Positions 39,285 to 48,999 are shown, counted from the stretch's first letter. The stretch: 64,000 nt of DNA from a virus (IMGVR_UViG_3300035502_000313:96001-160000); one strand, 5' to 3'. Numbers and translations: made by a program. The notes: generated from the sequence alone by a model not told the origin.

Positions 39285-40913
39285 ATGGATAACAATTTTG
39301 AATCACCAGAAATACTAAATTCACTTCAGCCGATGGATGTATTTGAGTATTCTCATAGTGCATATTATTGGACTGAAGTAGACAATTGGTTTCCACAACA
39401 AGGGGAAGAAATTTTTAAGCAAACCAGAAACGCAATTATTCTTCCAGTGTCCAAGTTTTATGAAAGACCTGAGTCTTCTATGATGCTGGACTATTTTATG
39501 CTTATCTCAAAGAGATGCTACAATTCTGATGAGATCAGAAATCATATTTGTAGATATCTCAATTATTTTGAAAGATTCTATGATAAAGAACAAGAGTTAT
39601 TGTTCCATATGTATAGAATCAAGTTCATGATTGATATTGGAGTACCTACCAGTGACGGTAAGTATAGACAATATACTATGGATGAATTCAAGAATGACAT
39701 AAAAACTTATGTCCTTTCTCAGAGCATCTATAGCAAGACATGGAAAATGGTTGAGGACAATTATCAGCTTGAACTCAACTACAAAAACAAAAGCAATGAA
39801 GCTTTGCAGTACTCAGACCGTCATGGTAAATATCTGATGGAAATTAGTATCTTTATGAATATGCTTATTCCTTTGATGATGCATTTTGTATATAAGAACA
39901 AAATCACATCTACAGATGTAATTCATACACTGATTTTCACAATTTACAACTGGCTGTTTGATATTTACACCAACAAAGATATTATGGCTAAGCGTGGTCT
40001 TCAGCCTGCAGATATGTATTCTAAATTCTATGAGACATCTAGTACAACTATGGCATCTCATTATAAAACAAATGGAACACTTTGGGACATGTCTGCAATT
40101 AGAGGTCACTCACCTATAATCAATGCAAATGATGCAGTTAACACTGTTATTATGCAGGTTATGCCAAAATATACTTTTAAAGGAAACGTTATTACATACA
40201 ATATAACTTCCGTCAGAAATAATATAAAGTATAATATTTCTGATATTAGTTATGAGTATGATTACGTTTCGTTAAGCTCTTCAAAACGTGATGGAGAAGA
40301 TAATACTTCACAGTTGGATAAGTATGAAGCCCATCTTCAGAAAACTGATGAAGGACTAGCACTTCAGAACGATTACAGAGCTAAGAGAGTTATGGAAATA
40401 ATTATTTCATTCGGAGGGTATGTCAGTGATGATGAAATCAAATTTTATAGAAAACGACTTACCGAGAATGGGCAGTTTCTTATAAATCGTTTCCAACAGA
40501 ATCTTGTCAATAATATGTATTATAGATTCTTTGGAGACACAGTATCAATCAATAGTATCAATGGTGATCAGTATATCACTCTTATGATAATTGCTAAAAG
40601 ATTGTTACTGAAAAATGGTATGAAGCTATTACCGTATATAATCTCAAGTAAAGTAGTTAGAATATCTACAAGAACTTCTCTTTGTAAGAAAGAACTTATG
40701 AAGATAGAACAGTCTGAATATTATAATGACTTGCTTAGAAAGTATAATGGTAATGAAAAGATTATCAAGCAGTTTTTATCATTAATAGCAACAACCTTAT
40801 CTAGTGGTTTTAAGATTATTGATTATGATAATTCTCAGTATAATAACTATGAGGTTGTTATGGAAAGCGATATTCTCATCGATGAACTGATGAGATTTAT
40901 TCTTGCAATATAA
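39285..40913 (+). CDS. Sigma-like promoter-specificity subunit of the non-virion RNAP (AR9 gp226-like)
   Basis: Colinear similarity to the recalled gp226 sequence: YTMDEFKNDI, VEDNYQLELN..LQYSD..MNMLIPL, MPKY..VITY, terminal LIDELMRFILAI; early promoter 39228. Confidence 0.72.
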   Translation: MDNNFESPEILNSLQPMDVFEYSHSAYYWTEVDNWFPQQGEEIFKQTRNAIILPVSKFYERPESSMMLDYFMLISKRCYNSDEIRNHICRYLNYFERFYDKEQELLFHMYRIKFMIDIGVPTSDGKYRQYTMDEFKNDIKTYVLSQSIYSKTWKMVEDNYQLELNYKNKSNEALQYSDRHGKYLMEISIFMNMLIPLMMHFVYKNKITSTDVIHTLIFTIYNWLFDIYTNKDIMAKRGLQPADMYSKFYETSSTTMASHYKTNGTLWDMSAIRGHSPIINANDAVNTVIMQVMPKYTFKGNVITYNITSVRNNIKYNISDISYEYDYVSLSSSKRDGEDNTSQLDKYEAHLQKTDEGLALQNDYRAKRVMEIIISFGGYVSDDEIKFYRKRLTENGQFLINRFQQNLVNNMYYRFFGDTVSINSINGDQYITLMIIAKRLLLKNGMKLLPYIISSKVVRISTRTSLCKKELMKIEQSEYYNDLLRKYNGNEKIIKQFLSLIATTLSSGFKIIDYDNSQYNNYEVVMESDILIDELMRFILAI

Positions 40914-40983
40914 TTATGAAATTATTGTGACGGAGGGGACAAAGTTCTCCTCTGTCATTTATATAAACTAGGAGGAAATGTAA

Positions 40984-41988
40984 ATGTTTACTGAAAGAAA
41001 GAAAATAGTTATTGGAGAAACATACTTGTTCGATGTTCTTAATGAAACTAATATGGCTGTAACTTCATCATTAGTAACAGTTATAAAGAAATCAAAACAT
41101 AACAAGTATATTGTCTTGTCTGTTAATAATGGAGATATTTTTGAGACAGACGCTGAATACTTAACTCCATATGTAGATCCTGAAAAAGCTTCTGTTATAC
41201 GTTGTCAGTACGGAACAACAGAATTCACTAATCACGATCTTATTTATTTTGAGACTGTGGATATGATGTTAGACATGCTTAATACTTTAAACCAAGAAGT
41301 AAAGGATGATTTTAAAGCAAGTGAAGAGTTTTCTGATATTATAAAGATGTCAAAAGAACTCACTGCTGATATGAGAGAAAAGGTTACTAAGTATGTAAAC
41401 ATCAGCAATTATAAATCAGCATTCAAAGTATTAGGAAATGCTTATTCTAAGATAAAGAATAACTTTAAATGCAATGAAGAAAAGGCTGTTGATTTATTGT
41501 CTTATATAAATAAAGACTATTCTAAGTTTGACGATATGTTTAACAGTAATGTAGATGATTATATCAGTGGAGATATAAACATTGAAGACTTTATTGATAA
41601 GGCTGAAGATATAATCGAAGAAGCATATCCTAAGGAACTTCTTGAAAATGTTAAAGATATCATAGATCCACGACGTTCAAAAATAAGCAAAGAAGAGATT
41701 AGAGAAACTTTATGTAAGGTAGTTAGACATGCTTATGTAAATGATTGTATAGCTATCATTATAGGATTAGATGATTCAGAAAATTGGCATATCAAATCTG
41801 TATATTTCGATGATGAAGACTATGGTAAAGCTGATGCAATAAATGAAGTTATGGATGATTTTAAAGAATATGTTTATGATATGTATCCTGAATTAGAACA
41901 GCATGATTACTGTGATCCTAAATACAGATTCAATGTTATCACTATAAGCAAAAAAGATAATATTGAAAATGACGATGATATGGAGTGA
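40984..41988 (+). CDS. Hypothetical protein
   Basis: 334 aa ORF; AGGAGG RBS. Confidence 0.7.
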   Translation: MFTERKKIVIGETYLFDVLNETNMAVTSSLVTVIKKSKHNKYIVLSVNNGDIFETDAEYLTPYVDPEKASVIRCQYGTTEFTNHDLIYFETVDMMLDMLNTLNQEVKDDFKASEEFSDIIKMSKELTADMREKVTKYVNISNYKSAFKVLGNAYSKIKNNFKCNEEKAVDLLSYINKDYSKFDDMFNSNVDDYISGDINIEDFIDKAEDIIEEAYPKELLENVKDIIDPRRSKISKEEIRETLCKVVRHAYVNDCIAIIIGLDDSENWHIKSVYFDDEDYGKADAINEVMDDFKEYVYDMYPELEQHDYCDPKYRFNVITISKKDNIENDDDME

Positions 41989-41994
41989 TTTAAA

Positions 41995-42276
41995 ATGAAT
42001 AACACAGAAGTATATCTTCAGGATAAATTTATAAGAACAAGACTTGCGAACATACGCAAGTCTAAGGGTCTTACACAAAAAGAATTATCAGATATATCTG
42101 GTCTTTCTATTGCTACAATAAGCAATATAGAATTTGGGGAGAATTCATATACACTTAGAAGTTTAATTAAGTGTGCAGAAGCTCTCGGATATGAAATTAA
42201 TATAGATAAAAAGGTCGGTGATATAAATGTCAATACCGAAGAAACAGATAAAGGAATTCCTTCTTCAAGCACTTGA
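41995..42276 (+). CDS. XRE-family HTH protein
   Basis: LANIRKSKGLTQKELSDISGLSIATISNIEFG...L. Confidence 0.9.
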   Translation: MNNTEVYLQDKFIRTRLANIRKSKGLTQKELSDISGLSIATISNIEFGENSYTLRSLIKCAEALGYEINIDKKVGDINVNTEETDKGIPSSST

Positions 42277-43282
42277 TGGAATGAAACCAGTGTCCGGAGG
42301 AACAGAACTTGCTGGTCCTTGTCCTATATGTGGAGAAAGAAGAGCAAAGTTTTATATAGGTCCATTTGATGATTCAGATAGACCTATTAGATATAATTGT
42401 TTTGTATGTCCTGCTCAAGGATATGTAGACCAATATTTTCTTGATACTTGTAAGATATCAGCTAATCTAGACCCAGCTATTCTAAAAACTAATAAAGGTC
42501 CAGGTTATATGACTCAAGGACTGTCAAATGATATAAAGTATAATCTTAATTATCATATTGTAACAGAAAGTCCATTAACAGAGATGAAGTTACAATATAT
42601 CAATCAACGTTTAGGAACACAGTTAACTTACCAAGACTGTGCTGATAATAAGATTATTTTAAACATCTCGGACTTACTTGAAACTAATGGTATTTCATAT
42701 TATTCTAGACCACAAGAAGCAATGAAACAATTAGACACTTACTTTATAGGATTTCTATCACGTAGTTGTTCAGCTTTAAATATGAGAAATCTTGTATTTG
42801 GTAAGAAAGATGTATTAAATACTTTTCACGAATCTATGAGATCAAAGTATGTAAACTATAAGATATTTAAGAACGTTGTAGAAGATGATTTTTATGTATT
42901 ACCTTGTAGTGTTGATTTAAGTAAAAAAGTGAGAGTGTTTATAGCAGAAGGTCCTATGGATATTCTAGGAATAAAGTACAATCTAATCAAGAGTACAGAT
43001 AATTGTGTATATATTGCTGGTAGAGGTAAAGCATACGAAAATGCAATGTTATGGATAATAACAACTCTAGCTACTATAGATTTGGAGATTCATACATTCC
43101 CAGATAAGGATGTATCTAACTCGTATATAAGAAATATAATACTAGGTTTTAAATCAACATTTCCTATGTATAGATTCTTTATACACAATAATCAATATGC
43201 TAATGAAAAAGATTACGGTGTTCCAGAATGGCGTATCTCAGATTTCTACTGGGAAGAAAAAAATAATAGCAATTTGATATAA
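42227..43282 (+). CDS. DNA primase (Zn finger plus TOPRIM)
   Basis: CPICG...CFVC; FIAEGPMDILG; FPDKD; KDYG. Confidence 0.85.
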   Translation: MSIPKKQIKEFLLQALDGMKPVSGGTELAGPCPICGERRAKFYIGPFDDSDRPIRYNCFVCPAQGYVDQYFLDTCKISANLDPAILKTNKGPGYMTQGLSNDIKYNLNYHIVTESPLTEMKLQYINQRLGTQLTYQDCADNKIILNISDLLETNGISYYSRPQEAMKQLDTYFIGFLSRSCSALNMRNLVFGKKDVLNTFHESMRSKYVNYKIFKNVVEDDFYVLPCSVDLSKKVRVFIAEGPMDILGIKYNLIKSTDNCVYIAGRGKAYENAMLWIITTLATIDLEIHTFPDKDVSNSYIRNIILGFKSTFPMYRFFIHNNQYANEKDYGVPEWRISDFYWEEKNNSNLI

Positions 43283-43319
43283 AAATAAAGCTGGATGTAG
43301 AGTCCAGCTTTATTTTTAA

Positions 43320-43559
43320 TTAGTCTTCTCCGTACAAATCTTGACGGAGAAGACTTGCTTCTCTAAGGAGAGTTTCAAATCCCTCCAGTTCTAACTCTGG
43401 AGTGATTACTGTCTTTTCTCCTTTGTAGGTGACGACTGGTCTGTCACCATCAAATTCAGTAATTACTGGTTCTCCTTGCATGACAAAGCGAAAGAATCCG
43501 TCTTCATCAATAAACTGGTTTTGGTTTTGTTTTTTCTTCCTTCTTCTTTTTTGTGACAT
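43320..43559 (-). CDS. Small early protein with basic N-terminus
   Basis: Start moved to MSQKRRRKK at 43559 behind GAGGTG; early promoter 43615-43622. Confidence 0.65.
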   Translation of the reverse strand: MSQKRRRKKKQNQNQFIDEDGFFRFVMQGEPVITEFDGDRPVVTYKGEKTVITPELELEGFETLLREASLLRQDLYGED

Positions 43560-43676
43560 ATGCACCTCAGATAGGACGTGGTCTTTATAGCAGTTTCTGC
43601 ATCCTATCACTATTATAATATATAATTATCATAGTTCAACATTTCAATAAAGTATTACAAAAAGGAGGGTTAAATA

Positions 43677-44873
43677 ATGGGTGGTAAATTTATTAATAAG
43701 TCATATTCTGGTACTATTAATGCTCTTACATCTGGTACAATTCAGAAAGTAAAAACAGCCAATTATGTGTTTAATAATAAATCTCCTGTTTTATGTAACT
43801 GGTATAATATTGATAAAGATGCTACCACAATTGATGAGGGTAGTGGACTTCATTACTCCGATGTAGGTAAAACAAGTCCAATTAGATATAAAGTGATTAA
43901 GGATGCTGTTTTCTATGCTCAAGGTATTCAGATTGAAATCAACCTTGAATATGATGAAGAAGGTTTATCAACAGCACCTCCTTCAATTAGCGGTATTATA
44001 TTACCTAATACTTGGATTCCTTATCAGGGAGATCATTTCTTCTTAAAACAATCTGGTAAGGAATATCTATATAGAGTAAATACTGTAGATTATGACACTA
44101 TAGAGAATGGTAATAACTTATATAAGTTTGATGCAGCTATTGATCAGACTGGTGAAACTTATATAGATAAACAAGTTACTGATAGTTATAGAATGATTAT
44201 CAATAATGTAGGAACTAGCTTTAATTCTATTGTAAAAGAATCTATATACGATTGTATTGATATACTTGATGGAATTCTTATACAATTAAAGAATAACTTT
44301 ATATCACTATTCTATAATGATGCTGTACAGACATTTACTTATAATGGTACTTATGGAAAACTTTATGATCCTTACATGATAGAGTTTATTTCTAGAAATG
44401 ATATTCTTAAAGGGTCAGATGAGTATATCTTTGTACATCATGAAGTTCCAGTTCCTAGAACATTCTCAATTGATTATAATAATACTATATATAGAGCATT
44501 AGAAACAAAGACATTAGATCATTTCTCTGTTAATGCTTGTATAGCAAATCCAATTGATAATCAATACTCTCTATTCTCTACAGTAATAGATCAATATTTC
44601 AGTATTGATTATAATAGTAATAATGGTATATATAGATTCAATCCTATAAGTGGCGAACTTATTGGAAGAACAAAAATGAATAATGAGTTTGATGCTTATT
44701 CAGAAGATGCTTATATGAATATCATTATTAAATATATGAATGACTCTAACATAGATTCTAATATCATTCCTTTACTAGAAGATATGGAATTTAAACCTAC
44801 TGTAGACATGTTTTATTGTATTCCTATGATAATATATGTTCTAGAAGCTAGTGTAAAAAAGTTGATGAGTTAA
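43677..44873 (+). CDS. Virion protein, possibly neck (T4 gp14-like N-terminal domain)
   Basis: PYQGDHFF...YLYRVNTVD...LYK; late promoter 43638. Confidence 0.45.
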   Translation: MGGKFINKSYSGTINALTSGTIQKVKTANYVFNNKSPVLCNWYNIDKDATTIDEGSGLHYSDVGKTSPIRYKVIKDAVFYAQGIQIEINLEYDEEGLSTAPPSISGIILPNTWIPYQGDHFFLKQSGKEYLYRVNTVDYDTIENGNNLYKFDAAIDQTGETYIDKQVTDSYRMIINNVGTSFNSIVKESIYDCIDILDGILIQLKNNFISLFYNDAVQTFTYNGTYGKLYDPYMIEFISRNDILKGSDEYIFVHHEVPVPRTFSIDYNNTIYRALETKTLDHFSVNACIANPIDNQYSLFSTVIDQYFSIDYNSNNGIYRFNPISGELIGRTKMNNEFDAYSEDAYMNIIIKYMNDSNIDSNIIPLLEDMEFKPTVDMFYCIPMIIYVLEASVKKLMS

Positions 44874-44928
44874 CATACCTATAAAGCTCAATAAATATAA
44901 TTTTGTATTATTTGAAAGGAGGATTACT

Positions 44929-45414
44929 ATGGATGATTCATTAAAGAATATTGTCACTCCAGATGATTTAATGGAAGAATTTGTTACAGATTCTATTGTA
45001 TCAGATGACGAATTATCTGATTCTATTTTTACTTGTGTAGATAATTATATTGATGATTTATGTATAAGTGTAATGGATGATGAGAATAGTATTCTAGATT
45101 CTGATAATGATGTAGATACTCCATTTACATATATCCTTGATAAAGTAATGGAAAAGGTAGATACAATCGAAAAAATTGAAACAGATGAGTATGCTAAAGT
45201 TATTGCTAAACAATTAGATTTGGATGACAATAAAGATGACGACAATTCTAGTGACCCTGACTATTGTGAAGGTGTTGATTTTGATGAGATAACTCCTGAA
45301 GATTTCCAATTATTTATTAATGGAAATGAAGTTGATAATGATACATATGAAGATGGATATACTTATAGAGCAAATGAACCTGGTTTATTTGACGATTCCA
45401 ACTTCAATGCTTAA
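44929..45414 (+). CDS. Highly acidic late protein
   Basis: AGGAGG RBS; late promoter 44872. Confidence 0.7.
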   Translation: MDDSLKNIVTPDDLMEEFVTDSIVSDDELSDSIFTCVDNYIDDLCISVMDDENSILDSDNDVDTPFTYILDKVMEKVDTIEKIETDEYAKVIAKQLDLDDNKDDDNSSDPDYCEGVDFDEITPEDFQLFINGNEVDNDTYEDGYTYRANEPGLFDDSNFNA

Positions 45415-45432
45415 TTAAAGGAGGTATATACT

Positions 45433-45834
45433 ATGACACGTGATGTTTCAGTTGATGAAATTATTGAAGACGTTATGAATGCTAATAGAGATTTAATCGT
45501 TGAAGAAGCTGTTGATGAGTATTTGTTAGCAGAAAAAGATATTCTAATGGAAGCTACAACAGCCGCTGATAAAATGGTAGACCTTTCCATTGATGCTGAC
45601 TATGATGATGAATCTCAGTATCTTGAAGATGATGAAGAAGTTAATGCATTCATTGATGATTACATTACAGACGATATTGAAGACGAAGAAGATATCTTCC
45701 AAGACACTATTGATGAGTGTGATGAGGGAGAAGACTTTGTTGATGATATCGAAGATGTAACAGATTTTGAAGATTTAGAATCTTTTTTTGATGAAGATGA
45801 TCTTGATTCTTTGATGGATGAAGAAAGAGCTTAA
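45433..45834 (+). CDS. Extremely acidic protein (57 of 133 residues D/E)
   Basis: AGGAGG RBS; composition counted by hand. Confidence 0.7.
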   Translation: MTRDVSVDEIIEDVMNANRDLIVEEAVDEYLLAEKDILMEATTAADKMVDLSIDADYDDESQYLEDDEEVNAFIDDYITDDIEDEEDIFQDTIDECDEGEDFVDDIEDVTDFEDLESFFDEDDLDSLMDEERA

Positions 45835-45858
45835 TGTATTATAAAGGAGGATAAAATA

Positions 45859-46398
45859 ATGATAACACAAGTTACTAAGTATATGTGTACTGTAGAGACA
45901 AAGAACTATCCTGTCACTACTATTAGACCAACAATCAATAGATACTCTTCTATTAGAAAGAAGTTTAGTGCTTCTGAAATTGCAAACTGTCTTGCATGCT
46001 ATGCTATAGTTACACTTCATAAGACAAGTGGTGCTAAGATAAGATTAACTGCTGACAATTTCAAGAGTGTTCTTCTTGCATATAAGAATGAACAGCTCGA
46101 ACAGCAGGAAAGAAACGAAATGCTTGCTCAGGTTAGAAAGAATTCTGAAGCTCTTAAACAGATTAAGGAAGAAGAATCTACAACTGAGACAACTACAGAA
46201 ACTACTACAACAAAGAAAGCTCCAGCCAAGAAGGTTGAAGAAACTGTTGTTGAGACTGAAGAAGTTGTAGAAGAAAAGGAAGATGAAGTAATCGTTCCTT
46301 CTGAGACTGAGTCACTAGAGGAAGTTCAGTCTGATCCTGAGAATCCTGAAACTGCTGACTGGTCTTATATCGACGGTGAAGAAGACGAAGCTGAATAA
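45859..46398 (+). CDS. Hypothetical protein with acidic tail
   Basis: AGGAGG RBS; terminator near 46421-46462. Confidence 0.7.
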   Translation: MITQVTKYMCTVETKNYPVTTIRPTINRYSSIRKKFSASEIANCLACYAIVTLHKTSGAKIRLTADNFKSVLLAYKNEQLEQQERNEMLAQVRKNSEALKQIKEEESTTETTTETTTTKKAPAKKVEETVVETEEVVEEKEDEVIVPSETESLEEVQSDPENPETADWSYIDGEEDEAE

Positions 46399-46456
46399 AA
46401 AATAAACTAATTATACAAAAAAGAACAGCCAGAGTATCACAAGATACTCTGGTCAT

Positions 46457-46620
46457 TCTTTTTAATTCACCTCTTTTCTTATTATATAGATTAGATTATT
46501 GCCACAATAATCAATCGTATAGACCGCCTCCAAATCCATCTCCGAACATACTTAACACCTCCTTTCATTTTAGTATGTTCGATAATAGGCGGAAAGTAAT
46601 ATCTCCTCATATTACCACTA
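46457..46620 (-). ncRNA. Structured early transcript containing only a 12-codon ORF (46549-46511, MFGDGFGGGLYD)
   Basis: Early promoter 46623-46630, nested stems, terminator downstream. Confidence 0.45.
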
Positions 46621-46635
46621 TTATTATATATAACT

Positions 46636-48435
46636 CTAGAACTCTGGATTTACAAATTTAATAGAATCATCAGGTTGAATAGTTAATTCATATAGACATA
46701 GTATATTTTCTTTTGTTACTGTTCTACTAGAGTATCCATTCATACCCAATACTTGAATCTTTGCATCTGCTTGTTTTTCACATTCTTTATTAGCTTCTAT
46801 CGTATACACTGGTTTAACTATAGCAGTATCGCCATCATAGTCCATTCCCATAGCATCAATAAGTCCATTACAAATAGAAAGGGTATCTTCAAATACAGGA
46901 GATGTATTAGAGTTTATGTCTTCATTATTTATAACAGGATACCATTTATAAAATTTATTATTATCTTCAAAATAAGACTGAATTACCATAGGTTGGGTTT
47001 TTACAGTAGATTTTATTCTTACTTTAGATGGATACTGGTTTAAATAAGAGTCAATAGGAAAACGTGTAATAAGAACCATCTTGTCTTCTGTAACATCACA
47101 AGCTGCCATATAGAATAAATCACACCAAGTTAACACTCTCGTTATTTTATGTTCCTGGGAAAATTCTTTCTTTGTTTCATCAAACTCTTTAGAATTGTTT
47201 AATTTATAACCAGAAAAAAACATACCAAAATTTAATTTCTTTAAATCTACAGGCTTTCCAGTCGATGTCTTTAATTCTTTATTTTTAACTTGTCTAGCAA
47301 ATTCTTCTTTATCTACAGGAAGATCAATAGGAATAAATCTATTAGAATAACCGTGTATAAAACGTTCAATTTGTTTATCAAGTTCTACGTCAGAGAAAGC
47401 AATCTGATAATCTACAAGAGGAACCATTACTGTTTCTTTATCATTGATTTTTATAGGATATTCTAATCTACCGGCAAATCTATTTTCAAAGAAACGTCTT
47501 AACCAAAACATTATAAATGGTTTAAAACAACATAATGCAGCAGCTAATGGTAATGCAGCGTGATTCATATCAATCATTAAGTCATCAATATTCTCACCAG
47601 ATACATCTGGAGCAGACATTACAAGACGTGCAGAATAGTCTATAGTTTTATACATAAGACCGCGTTTAATAAGCCCCATTTTACCAGGCAAGTTTGCTGG
47701 AGTTTCTTGACCATTGATAGTGGTTCCATTACCAAACCAGTCAAATATCTGTACAAGAATATTCTGTACTCTAGCTTTTGTAACATCAGATAATGTAAGA
47801 CCAAATCCAGCAGTTTCTTTAAGTGATTTTGTAGCCATTAATAAACTACTATAAAGTTTATTAATCTCACCAACACCGATACCAGCATCTCTAGTATCAA
47901 CGTCTCTATAATATGCTGGGATAACTATATACTTAGTAATCCACATTTCATTTCTATACTTTTCAATAAATTCAACTCTTTTATTTCTAGAAGATGAGTC
48001 GTTCTTCTTAAACTTGATTTTATTGAAATTCTTTTTGAGCCAGTCTATTCCAGTATTACCATCATCAGAAACAATTAATTCACCGTTATCATTAATAATA
48101 AAGTATTCAGTACCATTTACAATACTTTCAATCTTCTTATTTAATTTACATAATGTCTTATACACAAGAGGATGAATAAAAGTTCCTCCTAAATCTATAT
48201 AAGCATAAATACCAGAACGTTCAGCTTTAGTAATACCAAAGATTTCATTTGATAATAATCCATCTTCTGTAGGAGTAGGACCATTGAAGAAAACAGGATT
48301 AGATACTTCTTTAAGCATATTTACTCTAATAAACTTATCTATATCTAATAGAGAAGTCTTTAAATGTTGAGTAGCTGCTTCAGAGAAAAAGTCAGTATCA
48401 TTCTTAGCTATGTTAACAGCCTCATTAATAAGCAT
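46636..48435 (-). CDS. RNA polymerase beta' N-terminal (catalytic) subunit, probably of the virion RNAP
   Basis: DGLLSNEIFG, YIDLG..FIHP, GKMG..KTIDYSARLV, TRFP, catalytic GMDYDGD; late promoter 48465-48476. Confidence 0.9.
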   Translation of the reverse strand: MLINEAVNIAKNDTDFFSEAATQHLKTSLLDIDKFIRVNMLKEVSNPVFFNGPTPTEDGLLSNEIFGITKAERSGIYAYIDLGGTFIHPLVYKTLCKLNKKIESIVNGTEYFIINDNGELIVSDDGNTGIDWLKKNFNKIKFKKNDSSSRNKRVEFIEKYRNEMWITKYIVIPAYYRDVDTRDAGIGVGEINKLYSSLLMATKSLKETAGFGLTLSDVTKARVQNILVQIFDWFGNGTTINGQETPANLPGKMGLIKRGLMYKTIDYSARLVMSAPDVSGENIDDLMIDMNHAALPLAAALCCFKPFIMFWLRRFFENRFAGRLEYPIKINDKETVMVPLVDYQIAFSDVELDKQIERFIHGYSNRFIPIDLPVDKEEFARQVKNKELKTSTGKPVDLKKLNFGMFFSGYKLNNSKEFDETKKEFSQEHKITRVLTWCDLFYMAACDVTEDKMVLITRFPIDSYLNQYPSKVRIKSTVKTQPMVIQSYFEDNNKFYKWYPVINNEDINSNTSPVFEDTLSICNGLIDAMGMDYDGDTAIVKPVYTIEANKECEKQADAKIQVLGMNGYSSRTVTKENILCLYELTIQPDDSIKFVNPEF

Positions 48436-48533
48436 ATAATAAATACCTCCTTATTAAAATTTATTATTAAATTGTTGAAGATACAAAAAAGAACAGCCTA
48501 TCTCACGACAGTCTGTTCCTTTTCGATTATAGA

Positions 48534-48809
48534 TTAGCTGCAATAGTTGCAGTCATAATCCTCCTCTTCATCATAGTTATCAGTAAGTAGTTCAAGGCTA
48601 CTGTAATACTCGTCATCAGCATTGCCTGTAACCTTGTCTATTTCCCTTTGAACTCTGTATTCATATTCGTCCCGTGCTGCTTCAGCCTCTTCACGGGTAG
48701 AATAAGAGCCGACGAAGATTGTATAATCTTCACCTTCAGTGAATTCGGTTGCTTCCGGTAGTACGATAGCATAGCCATCGCCCGTTACGTCATAAACGTT
48801 GAACATCAT
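48534..48809 (-). CDS. Small acidic early protein
   Basis: 26 of 91 residues D/E; early promoter 48876-48883. Confidence 0.7.
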   Translation of the reverse strand: MMFNVYDVTGDGYAIVLPEATEFTEGEDYTIFVGSYSTREEAEAARDEYEYRVQREIDKVTGNADDEYYSSLELLTDNYDEEEDYDCNYCS

Positions 48810-48887
48810 CTTTTTGTTCCTCCTGCCTTTTTGGCAAACTAAATTTTTAATTAACAGTCTCTGTTAATCACTAATATAATATATAAC
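48810..48887 (-). promoter_or_regulatory. Early promoter plus two-hairpin leader, homologous to 34553-34635
   Basis: TATATTAT..AGTGATTAACAG-AGA-CTGTTAAT..TGCC-AAAAA-GGCAGGAGG. Confidence 0.75.
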
Positions 48888-48999
48888 CCATAAATATTTT
48901 AAAATTCAACATATCAATAAAGCTCATATAAGGAAAGTACTTACGATGAAATTTAATAAATGATTTATATTAAAATCTCAAAAGGAGGTAATCATATCT

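Larger units (their letters stand above)
7627..48883. promoter_or_regulatory. Early (virion RNAP) promoters TATAT(T/A/C)AT, often followed by AGTGA; 11 copies
   Basis: Plus: 14290, 14813, 39228. Minus: 7627, 28060, 32771, 34623, 38361, 43615, 46623, 48876. Confidence 0.7.
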
